Positions 14,984 to 29,115 of a DNA stretch of 64,000 nucleotides are shown in pieces. This DNA comes from Octopus vulgaris (taxonomy: Eukaryota): assembly GCA_951406725.2 (NCBI GenBank), contig OX597831.1:21452001-21516000 (forward strand), read 5' to 3'. Both the position numbers and the translations under genes were made by a program. Within the stretch, counting starts at the first letter, position 1, and every line of letters starts with the position of its first letter. The notes beneath the pieces were generated by a model. That model was not told the origin of the DNA. It was given only the letters and a program-made list of their open reading frames with translations, and did no database searches.

Positions 14984-15192
14984 ATTCAAAATGTGACCGC
15001 GTGTGTACGGTTGGCGATTTTTTTCCCTCTGTCTTCCCTTCTCTGGATATTTCCTTCTCCTATGTTTCCGACGAAGAGCTCCGCTCGAAACGTTAAACCC
15101 TCCTTCTTTCTTTGTTTCCTGAGCGTCCAATAATACTATATATGTTCCACGTCCTCGCGTTGTTGTGTTTTTTTGTGCTTTCATGTTTAGAT

Positions 15193-15197
<5 letters not shown>
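14984..15197 (+). mobile_element. PLE pseudo-LTR 3' end with a variant minimal hammerhead motif (15064-15098)
   Basis: GTTT-CCGACGA-A-GAGC TCC GCTC-GAAA-C-GTT-AAAC, ending directly in (TA)n. The same tail occurs reversed at 21773-21880. Confidence 0.7.
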
Positions 15198-15264
<67 letters not shown>

Positions 15265-15286
15265 AATATATATATATGTATATATA

Positions 15287-15331
<45 letters not shown>

Positions 15332-15333
15332 TG

Positions 15334-15373
<40 letters not shown>

Positions 15374-15569
15374 CGTAGATATGTACATGTGTGTGTAAGT
15401 TTATATGGTCAAACAAGAACTACTGAGATGGATCCCGCATCGTACACATTCTGTTTCTTCTACTAGGATTTTGGATTGATTATACCATTTTGAGATATAC
15501 ATACATATATACGTATATATATACACACATATATATATGTACATACATATATATATACATACACACATA

Positions 15570-15581
15570 AAGAAGCCTGTC

Positions 15582-15649
<68 letters not shown>

Positions 15650-15860
15650 ATATGTTTGTGTGTCTGTGTTTGTCCCTCTAGCATTACTTGACAACCGAAT
15701 CTGGTATGTTAACTTAGCAGTTCGGCAAAAGAGACCGATAGAATAAGTACTGGGCTTACAAAGAATAAGTCCCGGGGTCGATTTGCTCGACTAAAGGCGG
15801 TGCTCCAGCATGGCCGCAGTCAAATGACTGAAACAAGTAAAAGAGTATAAGAGTAAAAGA
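15570..15860 (+). mobile_element. SINE family B, 3' half
   Basis: AAGAAGCCTGTCG, internal microsatellite, then ...GACTGAAACAAGTAAAAGAG. Confidence 0.85.
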
Positions 15861-15872
15861 GTATATAATATG

Positions 15873-15930
<58 letters not shown>

Positions 15931-16009
15931 CATATATACATACGTATATGTACATAATGACATCTATACGTATAAATATGCATATGTGCCCACAAATATG
16001 TGTACAACA

Positions 16010-16620
16010 AATAGAAACCAAGCATGGGTAAATGGAACATGAACTATTCTTTCGAACAACGAAAAACACAAATTGAAAACAAAACGAATAACATAAAAAA
16101 CGATCCTTCATCAGTTGTTGGCTGTTTCTTTCTAGTCTTGTATTTTGAGCATTTCACAACAAGATACGCTTTCGATATAACAGTTGCTCCCGCAAAGCAA
16201 ACTAAAGAAGATTTGGGATTTTCCGGAGGGCCAAAATTGGTGACACAAACAGGATAGTGAAAACAAATAGGAAGGGCTTCTGAGGATATACGAGGTTGTG
16301 GTGGAGAACGCGTAAATCAAGCTTGGACAGGAGACAAACAAGAACACGTCTTCCTTGTTCCTGCTTCACCGGAGAGAAAGTAACACAAGTTAGAAGAAAG
16401 AAAGTTGGTCGATGGTCACGTGGGATCCCCATGATCAAAGGAGGAGAAGTGAGGGAGAGAGAGAGAGAGAGTGAGTGACAGAGTAATAGGATAGAGTAGC
16501 GGGAGAAGTGGAGGTAAAAGAATAAGAGAGAAAAATGAAAGAGTAAAAAGATCGTATTGAGTTATCATCAGAAGTATTACGATAAAACTTACTTAGAGGA
16601 GGATGCGATGCGTCCAATCA
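16010..16620 (-). mobile_element. Probable PLE-derived terminal region next to (TA)n
   Basis: The minus strand has GAAACAGCCAACAACTGATGAAGG followed by a T-rich tail; a related short tail lies at ~42510-42570. No complete ribozyme fold was found. Confidence 0.35.
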
Positions 16621-16656
16621 TATAATAATATAAATAATATATATATATATATATAT

Positions 16657-16830
16657 ACCGGAGTAAACGCATAAATGTGAAACAAGGTGGAAAAAAGAGT
16701 GCTCAAATACCAGTGGTAGAGTAATATGCTTTATTTAAAGCAGCAGAAAATTCAATAAAACCTGTTACTCTGAGTTTCCCGTTACTCAGAGTAACATGTT
16801 TTGTTGAATTTTTTGCTGCTTTAAATAAAG

Positions 16831-16833
<3 letters not shown>
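16657..16833. mobile_element. Fold-back PLE-like terminal element in (TA)n, copy 1
   Basis: 47-bp arms at 16729-16775 and 16784-16830; near-identical to 36783-36963. Confidence 0.75.
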
Positions 16834-16890
<57 letters not shown>

Positions 16891-16938
16891 ATATGCATAT
16901 ATACATATATACTTAATTATATGTACATACATCTATAC

Positions 16939-16986
<48 letters not shown>

Positions 16987-17645
16987 TTTTATGAAGGTTT
17001 TATGTCGGTACTTATTGTATCACCTACTTTTGACAAACTCCCCAGTTACGCAGGCGTAAAGATACCAACATCGGCTGTCAGACGTTATAAGAGAAGAAGC
17101 ACAAACACGGAGACATATGCACGCATGGATACGTATATATGTAGGTGTATGTGTGTGAGTGGATGTGTATGTGTGTATACATATAATTATATGTGTATGC
17201 CGTGTGTCACAGGAAATTGGTATATTTTTAAGCTATTATGACCGTCTTCCTATTCCACAACTTGGCATTCAAGCAAATATAATTTGATAATATAAACCTC
17301 AGATTTCAGTAACTGCGGAGGTTGTGTATAACCATTGTATTATATTCCGATAGTGGCCAGTATGACCATACAAGAATCATAGAATAAACCACTCTTAAAT
17401 TACGTTCTTATTCGACGAAACATTATTCAAAATTGTGTGATTACGTGTGTGTAAATATTACACGATATTTCAAATTAATATGGCATATATAAATATGAAA
17501 CATCATTACGTACGGAAAGTTTTATAGCAATATCTAGAATTATGAAAATAAATAAATAAATAAATATATATATATATAATTATACTCATAAATGTATATA
17601 CAAAAGCACACAAACACAAGCGCAAGCACACACATACACACATAT

Positions 17646-17691
<46 letters not shown>

Positions 17692-17793
17692 TATACACAC
17701 ATATATATGTACAAACATACATATATATATCTATAAGCTCACAAACACAAACGTGTATATGAATATATACATATACACATATATATGTCTATA

Positions 17794-17837
<44 letters not shown>

Positions 17838-17894
17838 TATATATACACATATAAATTTATATATATATACACTCATATATATGCAATATATATA

Positions 17895-18090
17895 TAGTTC
17901 AAATTTCCAGAAAGCAAAACGAGACAAGAAAAAACAACATGTTGATGTATTAAGTGAACGCTCAGCAAGAATGGTGAAGTCTTCGATATTTCGAGCCTAT
18001 GCTCTTAGAAAGAAAAAAGTGAGAGGTAAAAAAAAAATGGAGAGAGAACGACAAAAACGGAGAGAGAAAAAATGTGTAGGTACAACATGA
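17895..18090 (-). mobile_element. Decayed PLE pseudo-LTR end with HHR remnant
   Basis: Minus strand AAGAGC ATAG GCTC GAAA and ...CTGAGCG..., homologous to 51638-51850. Confidence 0.55.
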
Positions 18091-18360
18091 TGAAGTAGTT
18101 GGAAGAAAGAGTCTGAATGAATTGGAGATAATAATGGGCACAAGGACGAACTGGTTTGCACAAGCGAATGTTTCTATTTGAGAACGCTGCATGTACATTT
18201 GTACGTATGAAAGGAGGCGAGTTCCAGTAAATATAGGAGTGGACGAGCTTAAAACTATGTAGTCCTGTGTGTGCTTGTATGCATTATTAATCTAGTGTGC
18301 ACGTTTTGTGGATTGATGTGCGTTTCGTGTACTGGTGTGTATTTCTGTGTGAGTTTGGAC

Positions 18361-18421
<61 letters not shown>

Positions 18422-18463
18422 TATATATATATAAATACATATATAAATACATAAAAAAATACA

Positions 18464-18513
<50 letters not shown>

Positions 18514-19121
18514 TGATTCTAGTTTCAGCTCATGAGCTGTGGCCATGCTGGGGCACCGCCATTTGTATATATATATATATATATTGTATACATGTGTATA
18601 TATGTGTATGCCTCTCTCTCTCTCTCGCTCTCTGCATGTATATGTATGTATGTATATATATATATATATATATATGTAAATATTTAAGGTAAGATTATGT
18701 ATGATATTTCCGCTCACACAAACATACACAGACAAATATACACACATATACACATACACACCACCTCCCACACTAGCTAAAGAATGCAGTCTGAGACACT
18801 ATGTCACCGAATTCAGTATGTATGACATTCATTTCTTGTTGAATCAAATTTCTGGCAATCTCGATATATTCTACATCACTTAGCTATTTCACAATCTATT
18901 ATTTTCAATGTATATTCTCAATAGATTTCAAATTATATGATGGCTGCTTCACTAGATGGCAAACACCGAAGATATATGCATACATGCATGCATTTACGCA
19001 TATATTTATGCAAGCATACATTCATACATAGATATACGTAAATATATGTATACATAAATATTAAATATGCTGATATATATACATACAAGTATACACGCAC
19101 ACACACACATGCAAACACACA

Positions 19122-19184
<63 letters not shown>

Positions 19185-19420
19185 GTGTGTATGTGTCTGT
19201 AAGTGTACGAATGAGTGTCTATATGTGTGTGCGTGTTTTTCTGTGTATTTGTGTGTGACTGCATGTATGTACGTGAAAATGACATATTCGGGCCATCAAT
19301 TTCCCATATCACTGATGCATAATATGTATATATGCACCAGCATGTATGCGTTTGTGAGTTTGTGTGAGTGTGTGTTTGCGTGAGCCTGTCGATATATGTA
19401 TATATATCTGTATGTATGTA

Positions 19421-19470
<50 letters not shown>

Positions 19471-19745
19471 CACACACACATATATATACATGCATATTCA
19501 CACAGTTATATATATTTATATATATACATGAGAGTGTATGTATTTGCGGGTGTCTGTGTGTATGACTATGTATGTATATATATGTATATATATATACTTG
19601 ATATATTTTATATAAAGAATAAAAGGTAAAATTTCCTATTTGTTGCATTAATAGCTATATTCTACTAGTTTCCATCGCATAAATAAGTCAGCAATTCAAG
19701 ATTGGGAGTATGTAAAATTGTTATAGGTCTTATACACACACACAT

Positions 19746-19805
<60 letters not shown>

Positions 19806-19919
19806 TTATACCTTTATATATGTATATATACGCATATATATACAGGTATACAGATTTACTGTTTATATATTTTGGTATAGAGGGATATATATTTCAGTCG
19901 GTATCTCTCTCTCTCTCTA

Positions 19920-19967
<48 letters not shown>

Positions 19968-19976
19968 GTGTGTGTG

Positions 19977-20011
<35 letters not shown>

Positions 20012-20401
20012 ATGTATGTATATATGCATGTGTGTGCGGGGGGGGGTGTAGGTAATTGAAATCTCTTCAAAAATATTCGTCGATGCTTTTCATTAATATT
20101 TCCATTGTATTTTAACCACTTTTTCCCCTGCCTACAAAATGTTCTCTGTACAAATATAATTCAATAAATACATAAATGTGTAAATAAATGAAATAGAAGT
20201 GAAAATGCTGAGATATAAAGTTGGAGGGGAGCTGATGGGTCCAATTACCTCAGTATATAAGTGATATATCTCATATATACTGATGTATGTACGGTAAGTG
20301 ATTTTTACTTAACCAAAATGAAAATAATGTGAAAGACAAATTAGTTCTATCATGTACTTTAGTGACAACTGGTATTTATTCTGACATTCGCATATCTATG
20401 T

Positions 20402-20508
<107 letters not shown>

Positions 20509-20629
20509 TATATACATATATATACATATTTATATATATATATGTATATATATATGTATATATATATATACAGATATATGTGTATGTGAGTATGTATGTG
20601 TATTTATTATATCTATATTTACCTGTCTA

Positions 20630-20800
20630 TCAAGAAAACTAAGAGAAAAACGTGATGAGTGAAAATAAACTACACAATCAATCTCTATTATATTGAAGTT
20701 CAAGAATATTGGAAGTCGACTTTAAGGTTTCGAGCATATGCTCTTGTAGAGAAAAGATAAAAAAAGAGACGAGAATACTAAGAAAAGAACGACAGTGTCT
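20630..20800 (-). mobile_element. Decayed PLE pseudo-LTR end with HHR remnant
   Basis: Minus strand AAGAGC ATAT GCTC GAAAC; same family as 17895 and 51638. Confidence 0.5.
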
Positions 20801-21009
20801 CAATTCTCTGTCTCTAAATACATACAAATGGCATTTCTATGAGCCTAAAGCTTATACCGACCACCGTGTGATAACTAAGGAAAATAGTCCAATAATGGGG
20901 GATATATATGTATATATGCATACATAAATATATGTATTTAAATGTACATTTGTATGCATACACATACACACATACACACACACACACACATATATATATG
21001 TATATATAT

Positions 21010-21564
21010 TTAGGCAACGGAGAATGCTGAAACCGATGTTAGTATAAGAAATTTTCGGTTAGTATTTTCGGACGATTATAGTCCCTATCAGTGTATTGAC
21101 TAAAAAAAACCCTTGTGCATTTCTAGCAATGTAGATATATCTAACAACCTGGGTATATTTAGAGACGATTATGGCTTTCCTGTTTGGCAAACTTTACGTA
21201 CAGATGTTTATATTAATTTTATGCATACGTATTAGTGATTCGCTAAATCATCCGTAATTCTTATGTTGAAAAATTATATAGTGGTAGAGAATTAAGTCCG
21301 GAATCTACTGAAGTCGAGCCAGTTCTTACTGATGAGGCAATGGAAATTGCCGGAACAAACGTTAGTGTGAGATAATTTCGATCGGTGTTTCAGATGATTA
21401 TAGCCCGTATCAGCATATATGTATACAATTATGTGCTTTGACGACAGTATTAGATCATTTTAGCGCTTATTTCTAGCAATGTAGGTGCTTCTAAGACTCT
21501 ACTTATATTTAATGAAAATTATAGTTTTCCTATTTCTTAAAGATTGCTCACTGCTGTCTATATT

Positions 21565-21570
<6 letters not shown>
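21010..21570 (+). mobile_element. Partial tandem (~320-350 bp period) HHR-bearing repeat between (TA)n tracts
   Basis: Anchors GGCAA..(21013/21336) and TTCTAGCAATGTAG (21121/21471). HHR-like TCTTA-CTGATGA-GGCAAT GGAA ATTGCC-GGAAC at 21324-21372. Confidence 0.6.
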
Positions 21571-21660
<90 letters not shown>

Positions 21661-21772
21661 GTGTGTGCAAGTATCTATATGTAATTACAGTACTGTGAAG
21701 TTCCAGGTGCTACTATTAATCTCCATTTCGGGTCAAACATATATGCAAGTATGTAAGTATATGTATATAAAA

Positions 21773-21880
21773 TTAATCCAAACAAGAAAATACAAAAAAC
21801 CAAAAACAAAACACAACAACGCGAGGACGTGGAACAAATAAAGTATTATTGGACGCTCAGGAAAGAAGGGAAGAAGGAGA
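21773..21880 (-). mobile_element. PLE pseudo-LTR tail fragment (family of 14984-15197)
   Basis: CAACAACGCGAGGACGTGGAAC...TATTATTGGACGCTCAGGAAA is the reverse complement of ~15116-15165. Confidence 0.75.
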
Positions 21881-22857
21881 TACATACACACATATATTTA
21901 TATATATGTGTGTGTATATGTGCGTCTGTGTGTGCGTGTGTGTATTTGATCTGTGTATGCATATATATATGTACGAAGATCCAAAGACAAGGCAATTAGT
22001 TAAAACTTTTAACGCCTTCTCGGTTCTACTAGACTAGTGGCCATCATCCCAGATCTATATGATTCCTAGGGGAGCGTATATGATTTTTGGGGGGTTCTAT
22101 AAATGATTTTGGGAGTCTGCATTAAGAAAATAGTAAATGGGTCCATGAAATTAGGATTTAAATGCATGTTTTGCAAGAAACGTTTAGGTTTCTTTCTCTA
22201 ACACTCCAGACAGTACAACCTGTACAAGTGAATCAGAGAATAACAACATTGGAGACTTTGAAAGCAGTATCTAGAAAATTAGGTTTTAAACGTCGAATGG
22301 CTATGGGTGTCCACCCGATTAAAACAGCAAACAGTCGGGTCCATAAGTAAACAATAAATTGCTGAGAACCACTCATCGAGATCAAAGCAAGTGAAATAAA
22401 ATTCGGAAGAATAAAGAAATAGATATCGCAAATTATGTACAGCAGATAACGTTTAATATCATTTTGAATACCTGTACTACCTTAGATGTTTACTGCAATA
22501 AGTAAACTATTTATCAAATCCAGATACGTTAATATAATCCTCCTGTCTACATTTAATCAATGAAACACGATTAATCCATTTATAATTGATCGTAATCCGG
22601 CTGTAGTCTTTAAGGAATTTACATCTTGGCCTTTAACAGCCAATATTATTTCGCTACTTCTAATATCAATGTGTCATCTATGATATCTCACTGTATTAAG
22701 ATTGATGTATATTATCTCTGAATTTCTGACTTGTTTCCATTCATTGAAATGTGGAATAATCTATACGCATTATAATAATGCACACTGCAGTTTCCATACA
22801 TAGGTGCATACATACATACGTACATACGTACATAAATACAAACGTACATACATACGT

Positions 22858-22898
<41 letters not shown>

Positions 22899-22970
22899 CG
22901 TATGTTTATTTTTTCAACATTCTCTTCTTATGATATATTGTCACCGGTACATACATATACATATATACAT

Positions 22971-23022
<52 letters not shown>

Positions 23023-23105
23023 GTGTGTGTTTGTATGCATGCATTTCTTTACTCAACATCTTCTAATGACATTTTGTCACCGGTACATATATACATATTT
23101 ATATG

Positions 23106-23160
<55 letters not shown>

Positions 23161-23169
23161 TCATACGCA

Positions 23170-24670
23170 TAGAGGGTGCGTGAATAAATTTTTGTCCTAT
23201 TTATACAAAAATGAAAATAGCACTGATATTTCATTTAACAGATATATTTACCAAAAGCACATAGAAACATCGTAAAATACAAAAGAGCAAATTTATTCAA
23301 TAGAATCACCATTAATTTCAACCACGGCCTCCAAAACACCTCAGAATCTCTTGCAATTCCTCTGAACGGTCTCCTTGTTTAAGTTGGTGAATGCTGCCAT
23401 GAAATTGCTTTCAATTCATTTTTGGTGTTACAAGGATTTTCGTCGGTCTCTCGCTCCACTGCGTCCCACACATAATAATCAAAGGGTTTGCTATGTGCGG
23501 AGTTAGGTGACCAGATGTTAGGGGTGATGCGTTCGCAGCAATTGTTCGACCGCCATGAGTGTGTTCTGCTGCGGCATGGTACAGAGTCCTATTGCCAGAC
23601 ATAGGGTCTTCCAGCAGTCACCCACTTGACCCAGGGCAGCATAACTCTTCCAGGCACTCTCTGTTGAATCTGAGGCAGTGTGAGAAGATGAATGGCGCCA
23701 TAACGTCACCATCGATGGTGATCACTCCAACCACCAAGATGTTGACTGGATGTTTGGATTTCACAACTCTTGGTTCATGCTTTGTGGACTCGGCAAGCCA
23801 ATATATATATATATATATACGTACATTTGTATGTGTATGTATGAATGTGTTTATATGCTTGTGTGTATGTGTTACCGTTTAGCCCCAGGTCTTCCCTAAC
23901 TAAGAAGACCTCTGATAAAAGGCATTTTGTCCATAATAACCCAGTCCTTTTCTCAGGTATTGCGTATCTGTGATTCGATAATCCTTTTAACGAGGTTAAT
24001 GGATTAATATTAAGGGGAGGTTTGGCTACTATTTCTAGCAGACTGATTAACCGCACGAAGGCTCCTTCGCTCGTGTTCACGTTTTTCGTGACTGAAGAAT
24101 GTTCGGTTGAGAGGATGCTTGAGTTTGTTCAAAAGCTTCATAGTGCGGTCTTTGTTCTTGTCCATGATGGTTTGGGATAAAAATTGGCCCTCTCTCATCT
24201 TGTATGAGGAATACCCTATGTCTTTATATATTACCTGCCTGATAAGACACTCAAACACTCCCATGTCCCTGGCAATGGACCTCATTGACTTGGACGGATC
24301 GTTATCCATCATGGACTGGGTCTCACCAACAATTTCAAGACTTCTTTTCTTGTCAGAACCACCAGAGTTAGTTTTCCGAGCTACCGTACATTCATAATCA
24401 CCATTAGACTCTTCCATCTCTTCAAATCCTCTGCACTGTCCTCAGATTGACATCCAACGGCTCTGAAATGTTCGCACTGAAGCTTCCGGCGCGAACGCCA
24501 AGCAGTACAGCAATTTGTTTCCAAATGTCTAGCAGAGTGAATTGCCTCATATTCTGCTTTTCTCACAGACGGTGTCCAACTGACATTACTATACTGTGCA
24601 GTCGACAAAATCAAAAACGAACAATGCATAAGCTGCGAAATTATATGAAATGGCCACAGTTTATCCATCG
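23170..24670 (-). mobile_element. Decayed Tc1/mariner transposon (DD37D-like), interrupted at ~23800-24070
   Basis: The minus strand gives DPSKSMRSIARDMGV...IGYSSYKMREGQFLS and IWSPNSAHSKPFDYYVWDAVER. Related to the element at 2177. Confidence 0.85.
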
Positions 24671-24701
24671 GAAAATATATGCATGTCTGTGCATGTGTGT
24701 G

Positions 24702-24761
<60 letters not shown>

Positions 24762-24900
24762 TATATATGTAAATATGTATATGTATACATATATTTACAG
24801 CTATATATACATATACACATACATATACACACAAACATACATACACACACATATATATATATATGTATATATGCATTTATATATATATATATATGGATAA

Positions 24901-24937
<37 letters not shown>

Positions 24938-26045
24938 AACACACATATACGTACATTAATTTAGACATATCCCTCCTTTTCTCTCTCTCTCTCTATATAT
25001 ATAAACATATATACACACACTCATACATATTTATATACACCTACGCATGTGCATACATATGCATATGTGCACAGACTTGCCTGAGTGTATATATGTATGT
25101 GTGTGCGTGCGTGTGTGCTTGTTCACATTTTTTAGATCGATGAAATTAGTAAAACATGTTACTCTTTTCCGTCCGTGACCCCCAACTGCCTTTTAAGAAT
25201 TACTTTTTAGAATATCGTACCTGTGCGTTTGTAGAACCTTGGCAGTCATACCTCTGCGTTTAAGAAGCTCGGTTTGCAATCATGTGATATCCGGTTAAAT
25301 TGCACTGCGAGGTATTCTGGGCACGTGTCTGATACAAAAAATAACAAAAATTTTTAAAAATTACATAGTGGGATGATTTGGTTGACTACATCTTCAAGGC
25401 AGTGCTCCAGCATGACAGTAATACAATAACTAGAAAAATATGAGATAATAGGTATCAGATCCTTCTCGCTTTGTTATGATCTGAAAAAATCTTAAGGTAT
25501 TTCTGCTTGCTGTTTTTTGCTGTTGGAGAGACCATTTAAATTCCCTCCTCTGTCTTGTATATCTGTTTTTTTTGTGCTTGAATATTCTTGTGTCTGTATG
25601 CCTGTGCACGTCTGTATGTGTGTGCATATGTGTGTATGCGTGTATGTGTGTGTGTGTGTGTTTAAATATGTGTATATGTTTATGCCCCTTACGTTTCTAT
25701 GACCTAATTGGATGCTACTAGGCCCGAGTGGATATAATGCTTTGCTATACAGTCAAAATATTCCGCGTTCGATCCCACTGAAAATTATCTTGAACATGTA
25801 TCTTATATTAAAAGTTTAGGTTGTCCTAAATCTTGTCAATGAATTTATAAATGCCAAAAGTCTAAAGCTGTCCATCCGGTTGACTGTACCCGTAATTAAA
25901 TGTAATAGCCATACTATGTGTGGCAAATACATCTGTTTTATTCAATTAGAAACGTAATTACATCGTGGTACGTAATGTTAATGACTGATTATTTCAATCA
26001 ACAATAATTACATCTAGACTGACACATCACCTGGAATAACACTAA

Positions 26046-26340
26046 TTAAGAATCTCATCGCAAAGCAATTGTGACGCAGTAAATTCTTTGCCTTAAATTC
26101 TATCGATTCGTAATGTCAATGCTGGTTGATTCTGTCACCTCGAATTTTATTGTCTAGTCATTTCAACGTAAAGTGATTTCGTTGCCTCAAAATTTATCGT
26201 CTGCTGATTTCAAAGCAACGTGATTACATCGCTTACAATCCTATCGTCCGGCAATTTCAAAGGAAGTCGATTACATCAATTAGAATTTTATCGCCAAGTA
26301 TTTTCAAGGTAAAGTGAATATATTACAGTAAATATATCGC
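26046..26340. repeat. Degenerate 47-bp tandem array (~6 units, ~16-bp sub-periodicity)
   Basis: Units start at 26090, 26137, 26184, 26231 and 26278, e.g. GCCTCAAAATTTATCGTCTGCTGATTTCAAAGCAACGTGATTACATC. Confidence 0.8.
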
Positions 26341-26523
26341 CAGCCATAATGGCAATGAAAAAAAAGATTATATAGCGAACCAATAGGTCGTTGTTGAATT
26401 CATCATGATACCTTTTACCGCACAATAAATACCTGACTACCCAGAGATTAGTGGTTTTCTTTTCTGTTTTTAATCGCAGAGTAAAATGCATTGCATACCA
26501 TCAACAATAAAGTAGAAATTCAA

Positions 26524-26554
26524 ATCTATCTATCAATCTATCTATCTATCTATC

Positions 26555-26609
<55 letters not shown>

Positions 26610-26613
26610 GTAC

Positions 26614-26663
<50 letters not shown>

Positions 26664-26710
26664 GTCTGTCTATCTATCTATCTATCTATATATATCTATC
26701 TATATATATA

Positions 26711-26741
<31 letters not shown>

Positions 26742-26833
26742 ATATCTATCTATCAATCAATCTATCTATCTATATATCTATCTATGTATCTATCTATGTA
26801 TGTATGTATGTATCTATCTATCTATCTATCTAC

Positions 26834-26907
<74 letters not shown>

Positions 26908-26946
26908 CTCACGCTCTTCTCTTTCTCCCTCTCTCTCTTCTCTCCT

Positions 26947-27030
<84 letters not shown>
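26524..27030. repeat. Long compound (TATC)n/(TC)n/(TA)n/(TG)n microsatellite
   Basis: Directly visible. Confidence 0.95.
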
Positions 27031-27031
<1 letters not shown>

Positions 27032-28847
27032 AAAACGTAATCACAATGGAAATACGCAAACCAAAACAAGTGAAAGTTATTCATAAAAATAGATTCAGAA
27101 ACTCACGTAATAAAACGATAAGAAAATTTTAAATTGGGGGAACGAAAAGAAAGAAAAATCCATTCCAGAAATGGTTAGCAATGTGTCTTAAATAAACCCG
27201 TATTTTGCGATTTTGATATTAATATAAGATAAATTGAATCTCCGCTGCGTTACCTTTACATTTCCTTTTGCACAGGGGATTTTTTTCACGTTATGTATTT
27301 GCTGTTCCATTATTCGCTTTATTTTTTCCTGATTCCACGTTTGATCTTTCCCCAAGTTTGTTGAAACTTCCTAGATCGCAGATCGGATTATTTTTGCCTT
27401 TGAAATTCGATTATTATCCCGATTCTCGATTATTTCTTTTCGAAAAGTTATAAAAAAAAAAGTTTTCCAAATCTTAAGATCGAAATTATTGCCTTTTAAC
27501 CTATATATTTATTGTATTGCTAATAAAATGTTATGTACAGTGTGGGGGCAGCATAAAAAAAAACCCTCGTTTACTTTACTTGACAAACATTTCTGAAGAG
27601 TAAGCCATAATGCACCCTAGTTCGAAGTCCATAACAATAGCAAATAACTGAAAGATATAAGATTTATGAAGATAAGATTCTTTTGCTCATGCCACTTCAA
27701 AGTTCGTGTAAAATAAGGTCGGTTTTTTCTGCCCTACAATGTATTTAGTCCGCGTTTAAACAAGCATTATGATGAAATTACCGATAGAATTATGAATCAC
27801 GGTGAAACTTTTTTATAATGTAAATAACCGGCGATGGAATTTCAAGGAATGAATTAACTCCGATGCAATAACCTAGGATCGCTGAAGTTACAGTGATCCT
27901 AGCCATGTCATATACGATCAAATTAACGAAGGCAAACTCACAAGTAAGTTCTTTCGTCATCTGTGCTCTGTGGGGGGCTTTGAATGGGGAGACAAGCATG
28001 CTCACAATACTGCAGTATCTCTAAGTCCCCTAGCAGCAGTCAACCGTTAAATCGCATGTGTTACGAACAGATATCATCTATGGTTGGGAGACAATCTCCG
28101 ATGACAGACAACTATCAGCGATCTTTTAATCTGTCAGAATGTATTAAGTATGAATAGGTGCACTACTATTGAATTGTTGCTGCTCTGCGTGTGGTGAATA
28201 TTTTCTTTTTGTTATTACTTTTATGGCTCATAAATGTTGTAAAGTTGGTTACAATTCAGAATCTAAAATCAATTTTGTGCAGCATCTTACAGATTCTAAA
28301 AGTCAACGGCCTCCTCAGCTTCCATTTGTTCTTCTTCACTTACATCAAAACTTTTAAACAAATACATCATCGACGTTGAAACTTAGGAATACACTAACTA
28401 ATGAAAACACTTCTTAATAAACTAAATGAACACGCACACATGTACAGACATACACGTACATTTATGAAAAAAAAAAGGAGAGAGAAGTTAACACCTAATG
28501 TGGTATTTCAATGATTCTTCGTAGATGTTCTCTTGCGTCATGGGTCTTCACCTGTTGGAAGCTTTGTATATGCGAGTGTGGTCATTATTGTCTAAACAAA
28601 GAATCTAATTAATGGCTGTCTGCGGAAAATATTAATGCTAATAAAAAAAAAATATATATATATATATATGAATATATAGAACTGTTATCTAAGAACAATG
28701 GATTTCACTGGAATAGCTAGCTCAAGAACCCGTTGAACGACAACGACATGAACGACAGCAACAACAATACTAATGAGGGAAAGCGGAAGTAAGAGAAGGA
28801 GGACGGGGATAAGAAGACGGGGAAAATGAAGAGGGTAAGAAGTGGAA

Positions 28848-28868
28848 TTAGAAGAAGAAGAAGAAGAA

Positions 28869-28915
<47 letters not shown>

Positions 28916-28964
28916 AGAAGAAGACGAAGCAAAAGAAGAAGAAGAAGAAGAAGAAGAAGAAGAA

Positions 28965-29063
<99 letters not shown>

Positions 29064-29115
29064 AAAATTTAGTAGTAGTAGTGTAAGTGGTAGTAGTAGC
29101 GGCAGCAGTAGTAGT
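28848..29115. repeat. Compound (GAA)n/(TAA)n/(GAA)n/(TAG)n microsatellite
   Basis: Directly visible. Confidence 0.95.

Noticed and set aside
22050-22373. Possible hAT-type MITE (end resembles CAGTGGTTCTCA; similar motifs at 6030 and 37388)
   Set aside because: Only one terminus is recognisable, with no matching TIR or 8-bp TSD.
26046-26340. Possible CRISPR array
   Set aside because: The units are contiguous and degenerate without unique spacers, there are no cas genes, and the context is eukaryotic.
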